IMG/VR virus record: IMGVR_UViG_3300044259_000151
Location: 1-58,262 of that record
Reading direction: 5' to 3' (one strand)
From: a virus
Taxonomy: Duplodnaviria; Caudoviricetes
DNA: 58,262 bases
A model generated the notes under the pieces. That model saw nothing but the letters and a program-made list of their open reading frames with translations. It was not told where the DNA came from and searched no databases. Of the stretch, positions 17,832-27,725 are shown one piece after another (position 1 is the stretch's first letter; every line of letters begins with the position of its first letter). The translations under genes were made by a program, and so were the position numbers.

Positions 17832-18761
17832 ATGGAAGAGAACAGCATTCTGCACACCGGCTTGGATATCGAATGCATCCGCAAGATGGCCGATGATGCG
17901 GGCAGCGACATTGTCGCGCTCAGCCTTGCTGAACACATCCCCGGTCTGCCGGTTGCGATCCCGGCCTTGCTGGATCGCGCCAACGGCCGCATCGTTTCGG
18001 TGCGCGATGAATTCGAGAAGTATCGCACCTACCCGCCCCGCAAGTTCGGCACGGCACAGGTGGAAACGCTGGCCAGCTTCATCGATCTGGTGAACCGCCA
18101 CAAGACGCCGGACAGCGCCCTGTTTGCCAGTTTCGACTGGCAGAAGCCCGGCTTCACCGCCGTGATCGATTACCACGAAAACGAGAGTGCCGGCGCGGCC
18201 GACAACGGCAAGCACCGCATCCACTATCCCTTTCCGCTGTCGGAGGAATGGAAGGCCTGGACGGGGTCGAATGCCGCACCGATGGATCAGGCAAGTTTCG
18301 CCGAATTCATCGAGGATCGCATTCCGGATCTGGCCGCCCCTGATGAAGCCGAGGCGGAACACTGGCGCGGACTGTTGGGCGGCCGCGTTGCCACGCCCGC
18401 CGACATCATCACGCTGTCGCGCGGGCTGAAGGTGTTTTCCGAAACCAAGGTCGGCAACAGCATCACGCTGTCCAGTGGCGAAGGCCAGATCACTTTCGAA
18501 GAAGAACACAAGGATGCGGCAGGCAACAAGCTCAACGTGCCCTCGCTGTTCATCATCCGCGTGGCGCCCTTCTTCCGCGGCGAGGCAATCCGCCTGCCGG
18601 TGCGGCTGCGCTATCGCGTCAAGGCCGGCAGCATCACCTGGGCCTATCAGCTCTACAAGCCGGAAAAGTTCATCACCGAAGAGGTGGAGGGCGCTTTCAG
18701 CCGCGTGACGGGCGCCACCGACCTGCCGGGCTTTATCGGCAAGCCGGAAATGTCGGCCTGA
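17832..18761 (+). CDS. YfdQ / DUF2303 family protein
   Basis: GTAQVETLASFIDLVNRH, AVIDYH, SEEWKAW, QASFAEFIED, RLRYR motifs. Confidence 0.8.
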   Translation: MEENSILHTGLDIECIRKMADDAGSDIVALSLAEHIPGLPVAIPALLDRANGRIVSVRDEFEKYRTYPPRKFGTAQVETLASFIDLVNRHKTPDSALFASFDWQKPGFTAVIDYHENESAGAADNGKHRIHYPFPLSEEWKAWTGSNAAPMDQASFAEFIEDRIPDLAAPDEAEAEHWRGLLGGRVATPADIITLSRGLKVFSETKVGNSITLSSGEGQITFEEEHKDAAGNKLNVPSLFIIRVAPFFRGEAIRLPVRLRYRVKAGSITWAYQLYKPEKFITEEVEGAFSRVTGATDLPGFIGKPEMSA

Positions 18762-18822
18762 TCCGCTTCGCCTCGCCTCTCCGCCGCATCACGCGGGCCT
18801 GCCGGAGAGGCGTTCGAAACGG

Positions 18823-19146
18823 ATGGAGACCGATATGAAAAACATTATCCGCGCAGACCTTGAAGCTTTGGCGATGCAGACATGCGATGCGGTGACCGGA
18901 GAACCCGCATTTCCGCATGAACTGCAGGATTTGGACAGCAATCAGCTGCTCACCCTCGTCACCGTCGCGCAGTTCGTGACCGATCTTTGCATCAACGAGC
19001 TGGAGCGCCGCAACATGCTGGAGGCGTGCGAGGATTGCGGCGGCCCGCAGGTGCCGTACATCAGCGATCACGGCGTCCTGACCATCTTCACGCGCGACAA
19101 TGACGAAGGCCAACCCGCTGGCGCAGGCCAGCCCACGGCGCATTGA
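18823..19146 (+). CDS. Hypothetical protein
   Basis: ORF with a GGAG RBS; one CxxC. Confidence 0.55.
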   Translation: METDMKNIIRADLEALAMQTCDAVTGEPAFPHELQDLDSNQLLTLVTVAQFVTDLCINELERRNMLEACEDCGGPQVPYISDHGVLTIFTRDNDEGQPAGAGQPTAH

Positions 19147-19152
19147 TCCGCC

Positions 19153-19449
19153 ATGCCCGCCGTCCCCGTCACGCCGCATCCGATCAGCGCCAATCCGGCC
19201 GCGCAAAACCCGCTTGCGGCGCTGACCAGATCCGAACGGGCCTGCCTGCAGGCCATTGCCTTTTACCGCCGGCAAACCACGACGATCGGCGGCGTGCGGA
19301 TCGGGGATCGCATCTGGCACGGCCGCACCCTGCAAAGCCTGCGCCGCAAGCAGATGATCAGCGGCGCGCCACCCGCCTTGCGCCTGACCACCGCCGGACA
19401 GCTGGCGCTGGATCGCCTTTCCAACCGCATAAGGAAACACGCATCATGA
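19153..19449 (+). CDS. Hypothetical protein, winged-helix-like
   Basis: LTRSERACL...TLQSLRRKQMI...LTTAGQLAL. Confidence 0.55.
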   Translation: MPAVPVTPHPISANPAAQNPLAALTRSERACLQAIAFYRRQTTTIGGVRIGDRIWHGRTLQSLRRKQMISGAPPALRLTTAGQLALDRLSNRIRKHAS

Positions 19450-19973
19450 CGACGGAACATGCACCGCAGCGGTTGTGGTATCCGGTCGATCTGCTGGACG
19501 AGATTCTGCCCACCGGATTGTCCTCGGCCGAGGCCTGGTTCGATCCAGGCATGCAGCGGCAACTGGACGAGCATGAGGCAAGCTATATTCGCCGGCACGG
19601 GCCAGGCGATCGCATCGCGTTCATCTGGATCGAGGATCGCGGCACGGTCGAGCTTGCCATCAATCTGGATGGTACGCTCAATCGCCCCATGCACTGCCGC
19701 GAGACGCCAGACCTGTTTGGCGCTCCGCCACCGCCACCTCCGGATGAAATCCCGGCCGATGCGAATGTTTTCTGGGAGGCGGAAAGCGAGACTTACGCCG
19801 AAAGCGCCGAGGAATTCGCACAGCTTTACGCGGACCCCTATGCGGATGGTGGCATTCTGCACGTCACCGTTCATGTCTCGCACCAGAGCCGCGCCATCCA
19901 TTTCGAGGTCGGCCCCGATGGCCGCAGCCTCATGCAAATTGAACCCCTGAAACAGGAAAACACCTCATGCTGA
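19446..19973 (+). CDS. Acidic hypothetical protein
   Basis: AGGA RBS and ATGA coupling. Confidence 0.6.
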   Translation: MTTEHAPQRLWYPVDLLDEILPTGLSSAEAWFDPGMQRQLDEHEASYIRRHGPGDRIAFIWIEDRGTVELAINLDGTLNRPMHCRETPDLFGAPPPPPPDEIPADANVFWEAESETYAESAEEFAQLYADPYADGGILHVTVHVSHQSRAIHFEVGPDGRSLMQIEPLKQENTSC

Positions 19974-21076
19974 CCGCCAGCCGCGCCGCGCTGACCGCGG
20001 CCCTCTCGCTCTCGGGCAAGATTGTCGAGCGCCGCAACACCATTCCGATCCTCTCCAACGTGCTGTTCACGCGCGGCGAAAAGGGCCTCGCCCTGCGCAT
20101 GACGGATCTGGATATCGAGCTTCAGGTGGAGGTTGCCGCAGATCTCGCCATGGATTTCAAGCCCTTCACCGTGCCGGCGAACTTGCTGCACGAGATTGTG
20201 CGCAAGCTTCCGGAAGGCGCGGATTGCACGCTGGAGCCGGCGGATGCCGGGGCAAGCCAGATGCGGCTCAAAAGCGGCCGCTCGAAGTTCACACTGCAGG
20301 TGCTGCCGGAACAGGATTTCCCGGCTACCATTGCCGATGGCAGCCTCTGCCGTTTCAGCGTGCCGGCCAAGACCTTTGCCGCGGCGCTCTCGGCCGTCTC
20401 TTTCGCGATTTCGACGGAGGAGACGCGCTATTATCTGAACGGCGTGTTTTTCCACCCGGCGCCCTGCGGCGTGCTGCTGGTGGCAACGGATGGTCACCGG
20501 CTGGCAAAGCGCGCCGTGCCACTGCCAACAGGCGCACCGGCCGGCATGCCGGGCGTCATCATCCCGCGCAAGACGGTTGGCGTGCTGGCAGCGCTGTTGC
20601 CCGCCGACGGCGAGGTGACGATCGACGTTTCGGACGCCCGGATCACGTTTCACCTCGAGGGCAAGCGCCTGTCCTCGAAACTGATCGACGGCACGTTTCC
20701 GGATTACCAGCGCGTCATCCCCCAGGGCACGGCGCCCGTGGCCGAGCTGGAAGGCACCGCCCTCAAGGCCGCCGTGGACCGCGCCTCCACCGTGGCAATC
20801 GACAAGGGCCGCGCGATGAAATTCGCGTTTACCCCCGGTGGCCTTTCGCTGTCGGTCCAGAACCCGGATGCCGGCACCTCCGAGGAAACGCTGGATTACG
20901 AGGGAGAGATCGATCTGGCGATCGGTTTTAACGCCAAATACGTGCTGGACGCCATCAACAACCTGCCGAACGGCACACTGACCATGTCCATCACCGACGC
21001 CGGCAGCCCCGCCATTCTCCGCGCCGATGGCGACCATGCGGAAAACCTGGTCGTGCTGATGCCGATGCGGGTGTGA
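19967..21076 (+). CDS. dnaN: DNA polymerase III beta subunit (sliding clamp), phage-encoded
   Basis: RRNTIPILSNV, STEETRYYLNG, VATDGHRL, SKLIDGTFPDYQRVIP, GFNAKY, VLMPMRV. Confidence 0.97.
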   Translation: MLTASRAALTAALSLSGKIVERRNTIPILSNVLFTRGEKGLALRMTDLDIELQVEVAADLAMDFKPFTVPANLLHEIVRKLPEGADCTLEPADAGASQMRLKSGRSKFTLQVLPEQDFPATIADGSLCRFSVPAKTFAAALSAVSFAISTEETRYYLNGVFFHPAPCGVLLVATDGHRLAKRAVPLPTGAPAGMPGVIIPRKTVGVLAALLPADGEVTIDVSDARITFHLEGKRLSSKLIDGTFPDYQRVIPQGTAPVAELEGTALKAAVDRASTVAIDKGRAMKFAFTPGGLSLSVQNPDAGTSEETLDYEGEIDLAIGFNAKYVLDAINNLPNGTLTMSITDAGSPAILRADGDHAENLVVLMPMRV

Positions 21077-21088
21077 GAGGAGATCACG

Positions 21089-21751
21089 ATGACCGACAAA
21101 CTTTATTACGCCAGGGGCCTGGACGTCTGGAAGGCACCCGTCCGCACGAAAGTCGAAGGCGGAACCAATGTGACCATCGGTTTTCACGCCTGCACCGCCA
21201 CTGAAATCATCGGCGAAGATGGCGCACAAGCGATTGCAGAACTCCTGACGCTGGGCGAACAGGCGCAGGCGGGCTGGACCAACATCACGCCGTCATCCCC
21301 TCAACAGAATAAGTTGGTGACAGACGAAATGGTAGAGAAGGCCGCTGCTGCGTATTGGCTCGAAGTTTATGGCCGCCACCGCAAAAGCCAAAAGTGGCCT
21401 GAAGACGTGTACGGTTCGCATCAACAATTGTTTCGAGACGGTTGCCGAGCGGCATTGTCAGCCGCCCTGGCCGACCATGAGGCTGGCGTCGTGGCGGCTG
21501 TCGAAGCCACGCCGACCGTTGCGCATGGGCAGTGCATGCTTGCTGCTTTCGAAGCCGCTTATCCCGAACTGTACTACCACATTGCCAAAGGCAAGATCTG
21601 CGCCGGAGAACCGCTCTACGGCGCGATCATCACCACGATGGGTACGACTGAGATTGGCCACGGCGAGAGCAATATCAGCGCCGACGATGCGCTTCGCGTC
21701 GCAATTGATAATGCTGGTCTTTCGCTCTTCGCCACGGAGGGCAAGGCATGA
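21089..21751 (+). CDS. Hypothetical mosaic early protein
   Basis: GAGGAG RBS; internal VTDEMVEKA motif common in shuffled phage early proteins. Confidence 0.6.
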   Translation: MTDKLYYARGLDVWKAPVRTKVEGGTNVTIGFHACTATEIIGEDGAQAIAELLTLGEQAQAGWTNITPSSPQQNKLVTDEMVEKAAAAYWLEVYGRHRKSQKWPEDVYGSHQQLFRDGCRAALSAALADHEAGVVAAVEATPTVAHGQCMLAAFEAAYPELYYHIAKGKICAGEPLYGAIITTMGTTEIGHGESNISADDALRVAIDNAGLSLFATEGKA

Positions 21752-22188
21752 GCCGCCAAGTCAACCGCTACCTCAAAGACAAGGCGATGGATCACATCGA
21801 CCACGCCATTGGCCGTCCAGTCGATCCTATGGTCGAGAGTTTTCGAAACCACTACGCCGTCGAACGCGATAGCGAGGCCGCGAAGGCGTTTTCGTTGTCT
21901 CCATATTGGGACACACACGGCAGCACAGAGCCAAGTCGCATGGTCTATTTCTTCGTGACCGATGCGGGCCGCGCGGCTCTCAAACAGCACCTCAAAGAGA
22001 TCGGAGACAAGCACCGTCTCTTTGATGTGACCTATCAGGGACAGACCAGCTCAGTGGTCGCGGTATCCGCAGCCAAGGCCAAATATAGCCTTTGGCTTGA
22101 GATCTCTGATTGCTTTTGTGACTTAAAATTTGGGGTTTTTGCGCGTGCCGCGTCAGTTCGGCTTGCCGCCACGGGTGGAAAACCATGA
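21748..22188 (+). CDS. Hypothetical phage protein
   Basis: HAIG..RNHY...FFVTDAGR pattern; coupled. Confidence 0.65.
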   Translation: MSRQVNRYLKDKAMDHIDHAIGRPVDPMVESFRNHYAVERDSEAAKAFSLSPYWDTHGSTEPSRMVYFFVTDAGRAALKQHLKEIGDKHRLFDVTYQGQTSSVVAVSAAKAKYSLWLEISDCFCDLKFGVFARAASVRLAATGGKP

Positions 22189-22613
22189 CCGACCTTTTCA
22201 AACTTGCCGATCGCGTAGCCGCCGGCGAAATCAAAGCTCTCAGCATCAAACAACCGTACCCGCATCATATCTTCCACGACGGCAAGGACGTTGAGAACCG
22301 CGACTGGCCGACGAAGGGCAGAGGCTGGTTCATCGTTCATGCGGGCGTGTCGAAATCAGAGATCGACAAGGATGATGCAAAGCAAATGGCAATGCCGCGC
22401 GGCGGCGTGGTCGGCATGGCCCGGATCGTCGATTGCGTCCGCGCGATGGACAGCGAATGGTTCTACGGCAAGTTTGGCTTTGTGCTGCGCGATGCCTTTC
22501 CGCTGCCGCTGATCCAGTGCCGTGGCGCGCTTGGCTTCTTTAACCTTGAGGCGGATGTAAACCAGCAGGTGGCCGTTGCCATTCGCGAACATGCGAGGGG
22601 CATGGATGCCTGA
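22185..22613 (+). CDS. ASCH-domain protein
   Basis: ALSIKQPY...GKDVENRDW....RG...VHAG...RGALGFF. Confidence 0.88.
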   Translation: MTDLFKLADRVAAGEIKALSIKQPYPHHIFHDGKDVENRDWPTKGRGWFIVHAGVSKSEIDKDDAKQMAMPRGGVVGMARIVDCVRAMDSEWFYGKFGFVLRDAFPLPLIQCRGALGFFNLEADVNQQVAVAIREHARGMDA

Positions 22614-22971
22614 CCGCACGCTCTATCTCGAAAAACTATGGTCCGTCACCAGATGCCCGGTCTGTGGCGCCGCACGGGCCGAAATCATCGAAACCGGCCG
22701 CACCGCCTGCGCATCCTTTTCCTGCGGCGCCCGCTTTGCCGCATCGGCCGACAAGATCCTGTCTGTGCAGCCCTGCCCGGCCGGCTCAGACCTGGCGGCC
22801 GAGCATCTGACCGACGAAGCCGCCGCAGACCCGAGTGACGCAAACCGTCCGCCGCTGATCGAGAGATTGTCCAGCATTGCCGGGAAATCCAGACGCATCG
22901 GCGCCGCCGCCCATGCGCAATGGATCGAGGAATTCACCTTTGGCAGCCGTGAGGGTGTGATCAATGAATAA
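22606..22971 (+). CDS. Hypothetical protein with CxxC
   Basis: CPVCG...CG...CP; coupled. Confidence 0.55.
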   Translation: MPDRTLYLEKLWSVTRCPVCGAARAEIIETGRTACASFSCGARFAASADKILSVQPCPAGSDLAAEHLTDEAAADPSDANRPPLIERLSSIAGKSRRIGAAAHAQWIEEFTFGSREGVINE

Positions 22972-23782
22972 GCCAGTTGAGAACAGTCAGATTGTCAAGG
23001 ATCTGACGGAGCAGCGCAATCTCTACAAGGCCAAGTACCGATCAATCATCACCCTGCTTCGCCGCGCCCGTTCCGAAATTCGCGAAATCAGCGACCATAC
23101 GGAAAACGAAGGAGACCGCGTTTATTTCGGCAGCACGAACCATGCCGACCAGTTGCAGGATCTGGCCGAGACCATGCAACGATGGGAGTTTGATTACGAC
23201 CTGCCGGCCGGTGATCTGAACAAGATGGAGCGTGATCCCTACGCGGAGATCCGCGCACAGCGGAAACTGGTTGCCAAGGCCAGGGAGGATGTCAAGCGCC
23301 TGGAGGTCGAACTGCAGGGAGCATTGCTGCGGATCGAAAAATTGAAAACGGTTGTTCGCGCGAGCGCCGTCGAACTGCTGGCCATGGCAAAGCATGCGGG
23401 GCCGGAAGCCGACGCGCTTTTTTATCGCGGCGTGGCGGCTGCGGCGGATACGCTGGATATCACGTTTCGCCGACACATGGCCGGCGAAACGCCATCAGAA
23501 CTTGCCGCCGAACTATTGATGGACAAGGCCCGTCTGGATTTCCTTGACGAGTGCAATCGCAGGCTCAATGCCAGCTGCGGCACCCGGTATGGCTGGGACA
23601 TGGTGATGAACCACAACGTGACCCGCCTGATGAGCGGCCGGCACCTCGACATCGATCTCAACGACAGCAAGGCCCACGGCGCACCGAGCTGCCGTGACGC
23701 GATCGACAAGGAGATCAAGCGGATTGCGGATGCGCGGATGCGGCAAGAGGCAAACGGGAATGGGACCGACCATGCCGGATGA
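22964..23782 (+). CDS. Hypothetical coiled-coil phage protein
   Basis: 272-aa ORF; DKARLDFL motif. Confidence 0.65.
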   Translation: MNKPVENSQIVKDLTEQRNLYKAKYRSIITLLRRARSEIREISDHTENEGDRVYFGSTNHADQLQDLAETMQRWEFDYDLPAGDLNKMERDPYAEIRAQRKLVAKAREDVKRLEVELQGALLRIEKLKTVVRASAVELLAMAKHAGPEADALFYRGVAAAADTLDITFRRHMAGETPSELAAELLMDKARLDFLDECNRRLNASCGTRYGWDMVMNHNVTRLMSGRHLDIDLNDSKAHGAPSCRDAIDKEIKRIADARMRQEANGNGTDHAG

Positions 23783-24062
23783 GCGCCCCGAAATCCGCGT
23801 TACCTGCAAACCAGAGCCTCCGCGCGAGGTGCTGTTCACGTGCATCGGTTGCGGGCAGCAGGTTGAAAAGCCACGCTGGCATTATTCAGGCATGAGCCGG
23901 CTCACGCGCGAGCCTTTGTGCAATGCATGCACAACCCAATGGGGGCGGAAAATCAGCGGCCCCGTTTTCAATCGCCAGAACTTTCACACGTTGCGGCAAC
24001 TTTCCGCTGCCATCACCATGCTGGAATGGGAGATCAAGAATGGCCGAAGACATTGGCGCTGA
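23772..24062 (+). CDS. Zn-finger hypothetical protein
   Basis: CIGC...CNAC. Confidence 0.6.
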   Translation: MPDERPEIRVTCKPEPPREVLFTCIGCGQQVEKPRWHYSGMSRLTREPLCNACTTQWGRKISGPVFNRQNFHTLRQLSAAITMLEWEIKNGRRHWR

Positions 24063-24297
24063 ATTCGACGTGCCATCGATCATCCGTGGCCTCAATCAGG
24101 ATCTACTTGATCTACGCGCAGGAACGATCACGCCCAACGAGGCAAAAGTGCGCGCCGATATCGCAAAGCAGATATTCAACGGCCTGCGCATGGTGGTTAC
24201 CGCGCAACGTTTCCTGAGCGAGCGGGCGCGTAAACTCAACGAGATTGGGAGCCGAGACGATCAGCCAGAGGAGACAAAGCCATGGGCCGCCGGCTGA
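24040..24297 (+). CDS. Hypothetical phage protein
   Basis: GGAG RBS; LRAGTITPNEAK...IAKQI. Confidence 0.6.
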   Translation: MAEDIGAEFDVPSIIRGLNQDLLDLRAGTITPNEAKVRADIAKQIFNGLRMVVTAQRFLSERARKLNEIGSRDDQPEETKPWAAG

Positions 24298-24376
24298 TCC
24301 CCTTCACGGAAAACGCTGTGTTCCGCGCCATCCGCGCCGTGAAAAGAGCCGGCGTCGAGATCAAGGGGGCACGCCC

Positions 24377-24652
24377 ATGACCGCCCGCCGACCAGCGCAA
24401 ATCCCGCCGGGCACATGGCCGCCGCGCATGATGGCGGAAATGGCTGCAGGCTATTGTGGCGAGCGGCATGTGGAGGATTTTCTGGCGCGCGTGGGCACGG
24501 TCTATCCGAAACCGCGCACGCAGGAGACGACACGCCGCAAATTCTGGTATCGCTCTGATCTCGACAAGGCGCTGGGAATTGGCGCAGATAACCAGGTCAA
24601 TGATCTGGGGGCAAAATTCCGTGAGGCGATCCGGGAAAAGCGGCGTGGTTGA
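24377..24652 (+). CDS. xis: Excisionase-like DNA-binding protein
   Basis: WPPRM.AEMAAGYCG...YPKP...WYRSDLD; immediately upstream of int. Confidence 0.7.
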   Translation: MTARRPAQIPPGTWPPRMMAEMAAGYCGERHVEDFLARVGTVYPKPRTQETTRRKFWYRSDLDKALGIGADNQVNDLGAKFREAIREKRRG

Positions 24653-25826
24653 ATTGCCGAAATTCGTGCACCGCGTCAGGAAGACGCGCAAACGCGGGGC
24701 GCCCATGGTCTATACCTTTTATACCCGCCACCGGAACACGTCGGCAGCCTGGCCGTCGCTGGCCCTGCCGGATCCGCTGGAACGCGAGTTTTCCCGCCGG
24801 CTGGCAATCTGCGAGCAGATGGAGCGCGACGGCAGGGGGTTTACGCTGGATGGCGTCCGCCTGCCGGATCACAAGCACCCGGATTTCTGGCGTGAGGCCG
24901 AAAAGGCGCTTTCGGCGCTGGAAAAGCGCGGCCGAGAGAATCGCAGGGATTTCCACGCGCTGGTCGAGGCGTTCCAGAGCGAAAACAACCCGCACTGGTC
25001 CAGCCTTGCCGCATCCACCCGACGCGGCTACGCGGCGAGCGGCAAAATGGTGATCGAGATCTGGGGGGATGATCTGCCGGCCGAGCTGTCAACGGTCAAT
25101 GCGCAGGAGGCAATTGACGCGCTCGGCGAAACGCCCGCGACCGCCAACCAGTTCCGGGCCTACCTGTCCCGCCTCATGGCATGGGGCATCCCGCGCGGCT
25201 TTTGCCACGCAAACCCGGTCGAACACACGGAAAAAATTCCGGGCACGGAGCCGTGGTCACCATGGCCGGAATGGGCCTTCGAGATCCTGCTGCAGCACGC
25301 TCCGTTTCACCTGCAGCTGATTGCCATGAGCGCCTTTTTCACGGGCCAGCGCCAGGGCGATGTGCTGCAAATGCGCCGCCCGAAAAGCGATGACGCCACC
25401 ATTGAGGTCCGCGCCCAGAAAACCGGCCGCACCGTGTGGGTGCCGATCCACTCCGCCTATCGCCGGTGGATCGAGCGCGCCCCGAAGGACGGCATCATGC
25501 TGCACGCCGCCGTGCGCCAGCCGAGTTACAAGACGCCGGACGGTTTCCGCTCGGAATGGCAAAAGCTGATGGACAAGCCCGAATTCAAGCCGTTCCGCGA
25601 ACACCGCATTGTCTTTCACGGCCTGCGCAAAAATGCCGTGATCAATCTGCTTGAGGTCGGCTGCACGGAGGCCCAGGCAGGCGCCATCTGCAACATGTCT
25701 TCGCAAATGGTGCAGCACTATGGCCGCGAGGTATCGCTGCGCGCACTGGCGCGAGACGCCATGAAGCTGATGGAGGAGCGCTGGCCGGAGATCGAGCCCC
25801 TTGCCATGCGCGATCCGCGCCGGTAA
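24645..25826 (+). CDS. int: Tyrosine integrase
   Basis: TGQRQGD (R), QKTG (K), HGLRK (HxxR), QHYG (Y); GTG start overlapping xis; adjacent to attP. Confidence 0.93.
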   Translation: MVELPKFVHRVRKTRKRGAPMVYTFYTRHRNTSAAWPSLALPDPLEREFSRRLAICEQMERDGRGFTLDGVRLPDHKHPDFWREAEKALSALEKRGRENRRDFHALVEAFQSENNPHWSSLAASTRRGYAASGKMVIEIWGDDLPAELSTVNAQEAIDALGETPATANQFRAYLSRLMAWGIPRGFCHANPVEHTEKIPGTEPWSPWPEWAFEILLQHAPFHLQLIAMSAFFTGQRQGDVLQMRRPKSDDATIEVRAQKTGRTVWVPIHSAYRRWIERAPKDGIMLHAAVRQPSYKTPDGFRSEWQKLMDKPEFKPFREHRIVFHGLRKNAVINLLEVGCTEAQAGAICNMSSQMVQHYGREVSLRALARDAMKLMEERWPEIEPLAMRDPRR

Positions 25827-25840
25827 CCCGGAAATCACGC

Positions 25841-26075
<235 letters not shown>

Positions 26076-26080
26076 TTCGC

Positions 26081-26095
26081 GTTCTGTTCATGTTC
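26081..26095 (+). promoter_or_regulatory. Alphaproteobacterial LexA (SOS) box
   Basis: GTTC-TGTTCAT-GTTC matches GTTC-N7-GTTC; upstream of the ORF at 26217. Confidence 0.65.
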
Positions 26096-26216
26096 GCGGT
26101 TGCAACATCAGACTCGACGTGATCGCCAGTCCATGCCATATCATCCGCACCCGATAGGCGGCGGGTCGATTATCAATCATGACCGTATGCGGCCGGTCTC
26201 TGCGAGGAGACGCGCC

Positions 26217-26513
26217 ATGCAGCGCATTGTCGGCAATTTAAAATTTACCAAAGTCCAGATCGGCGATCCGGATCTCAACACCCTGACCGAGCATGTCGAT
26301 CTGCTGGCATAGTGCCGCGCCTGCGGCCATCGGAAAATCTTGCCGAAATCCGCCATCGCCAGCCGCCGGCTGCACCACAAGCGCTTGAGCGTCATTGCCC
26401 GCCACATGACCTGCACCGCCTGCGGCGCGCGCGATTGCGACCTCACATCCGGCATTATCGTGCCGGCCGATGGCACATCGACGATCAGCGAGTTTCCCGA
26501 TGGCGCCCAATAA
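26217..26513 (+). pseudogene. Small Zn-ribbon protein gene interrupted by an in-frame TAG (26310-26312)
   Basis: GAGGAG RBS; MQRIVG...HVDLLA*CRACGHRKIL...MTCTACGARDC...DGAQ reads on in the same frame to TAA at 26513. Confidence 0.7.
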
Positions 26514-26515
26514 AA

Positions 26516-26628
26516 ATACGCTGTCAGCGCATTTAGTGGCTTGCGCATAATACGCTGATGGCGTATAACAAACTCATCAGCACGGAGCTGATGAGGGCGC
26601 CTCGCCGGAACAGGGGCGGAGACGGAAA
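26516..26628 (+). promoter_or_regulatory. Operator/promoter/structured-leader unit, copy 1
   Basis: Palindromes ATACGCTGTCAGCGCAT (26516-26532) and ATACGCTGATGGCGTAT (26550-26566); TTGCGC-17bp-TATAAC; two leader hairpins. Confidence 0.85.
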
Positions 26629-27009
26629 ATGACCAATCTGATCGCAGAAATCTCCCGCATGATTGCAGGCGCCAAGGCCATGGGCGCACCGATGTTCGGC
26701 CTTGAGGAGATCCTTGTTGCAGCCGAGCGGGTCTCGGCCAGCATCGACCGGGCCGAGGCACGCCGCGCCGCCGGCGATTATGACAACAGCCTGCCTTTTG
26801 CGCATTTCGTAGCCGATGCCGAGCAGGAAATCGCCGACCTGAAAATCATTGAAACCGCTGCCCGCGCCGCATGGGCCTTCGTGGTTTGCAAGTACCTGCC
26901 GCATGCGCTGCGCGATCTCTATGCCAACGACATCACCGAGGGCCTTGGCAAGGACCTGAATGACGCCATCAATACCGGCATTGCCGTTGGAAAGCGGTAT
27001 CCCGCATGA
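26629..27009 (+). CDS. Hypothetical protein (first gene of the accessory operon)
   Basis: GGAG RBS in the leader; 126 aa. Confidence 0.75.
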   Translation: MTNLIAEISRMIAGAKAMGAPMFGLEEILVAAERVSASIDRAEARRAAGDYDNSLPFAHFVADAEQEIADLKIIETAARAAWAFVVCKYLPHALRDLYANDITEGLGKDLNDAINTGIAVGKRYPA

Positions 27010-27725
27010 GCCAGGTCGCAAACCCGATCATCAACGCCATGGCCGAACAGGCTATGGCAACAGACTGGCCCATCAGCGGCGTCACGATCGCCTCGCCGCA
27101 GGTCACCGCCTCCCCCATCCTGGCAATAAACTGGGCCATGATGCTGCCGGACGATGCGCCTGAGACGCCAACCGGCGTCAGCGCCAGCGTGCTGTCGCGC
27201 GTGCCGCCATCGGTCGTCGCGCTGCCCGCCATGGTGCAGATGGAGCCGCTGATCATCGAGGCGGCATGGGCCTATGGCGCCTGGGATATACGCCGCACCA
27301 GCATTCCGGCCTCGTTTTCCGGCGCAATCCCGCCTTACCTTGACACCCTGCCGGAGATCATCCGGCGGGAGGGCTATGTCAGCTGGTATTTCCGGCCGAT
27401 GCTGCGCGGCCCGGAAAGCCGGGCCAAAGCCAATGCCGCTCTGGATGTGACGCTCAATCGCTGGACACTCGGCCGCGATACGGCGCCGCCGGACATGCGG
27501 TTTTCCAGGATCCGCGAGGGGCAGGAAACGATCATCAAGCTGGGCAAGGGGGAAAAGACCGAAAGGCCGGTGCGCCGGCCCACGCCGAGAAATCTGGCGA
27601 CAATTTTGCAGCGCGGCTATCTCGGTCGATTGCTGCGGGCGGCAGGCCTTGACGACACATTGCCGGCCGATCTCACAAAAGACCAGGCATCCGCCTGGAT
27701 TGACAGGCTTAAGGGCAAATCATGA
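27006..27725 (+). CDS. Hypothetical protein with a C-terminal AT..Q..YL..L...LTK.QAS..ID.L helical motif
   Basis: ATGA coupling; C-terminal motif visible in the translation. Confidence 0.7.
   Translation: MSQVANPIINAMAEQAMATDWPISGVTIASPQVTASPILAINWAMMLPDDAPETPTGVSASVLSRVPPSVVALPAMVQMEPLIIEAAWAYGAWDIRRTSIPASFSGAIPPYLDTLPEIIRREGYVSWYFRPMLRGPESRAKANAALDVTLNRWTLGRDTAPPDMRFSRIREGQETIIKLGKGEKTERPVRRPTPRNLATILQRGYLGRLLRAAGLDDTLPADLTKDQASAWIDRLKGKS

Noticed and set aside
19967-21076. dnaN as evidence of host chromosome or chimeric assembly
   Set aside because: Coupled to phage ORFs on both sides with no dnaA, recF or gyrB context
26310-26312. Genome-wide amber recoding suggested by the in-frame TAG
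   Set aside because: All core genes are uninterrupted in the standard code, TAG ends a real gene at 44925, and no suppressor tRNA is visible
26588-26628. CTGATGAG...GAA resembling a hammerhead ribozyme core
   Set aside because: CTGATGAG is paired within a hairpin, there is no CGAAA after a stem II, and the second copy reads TTGATGCG
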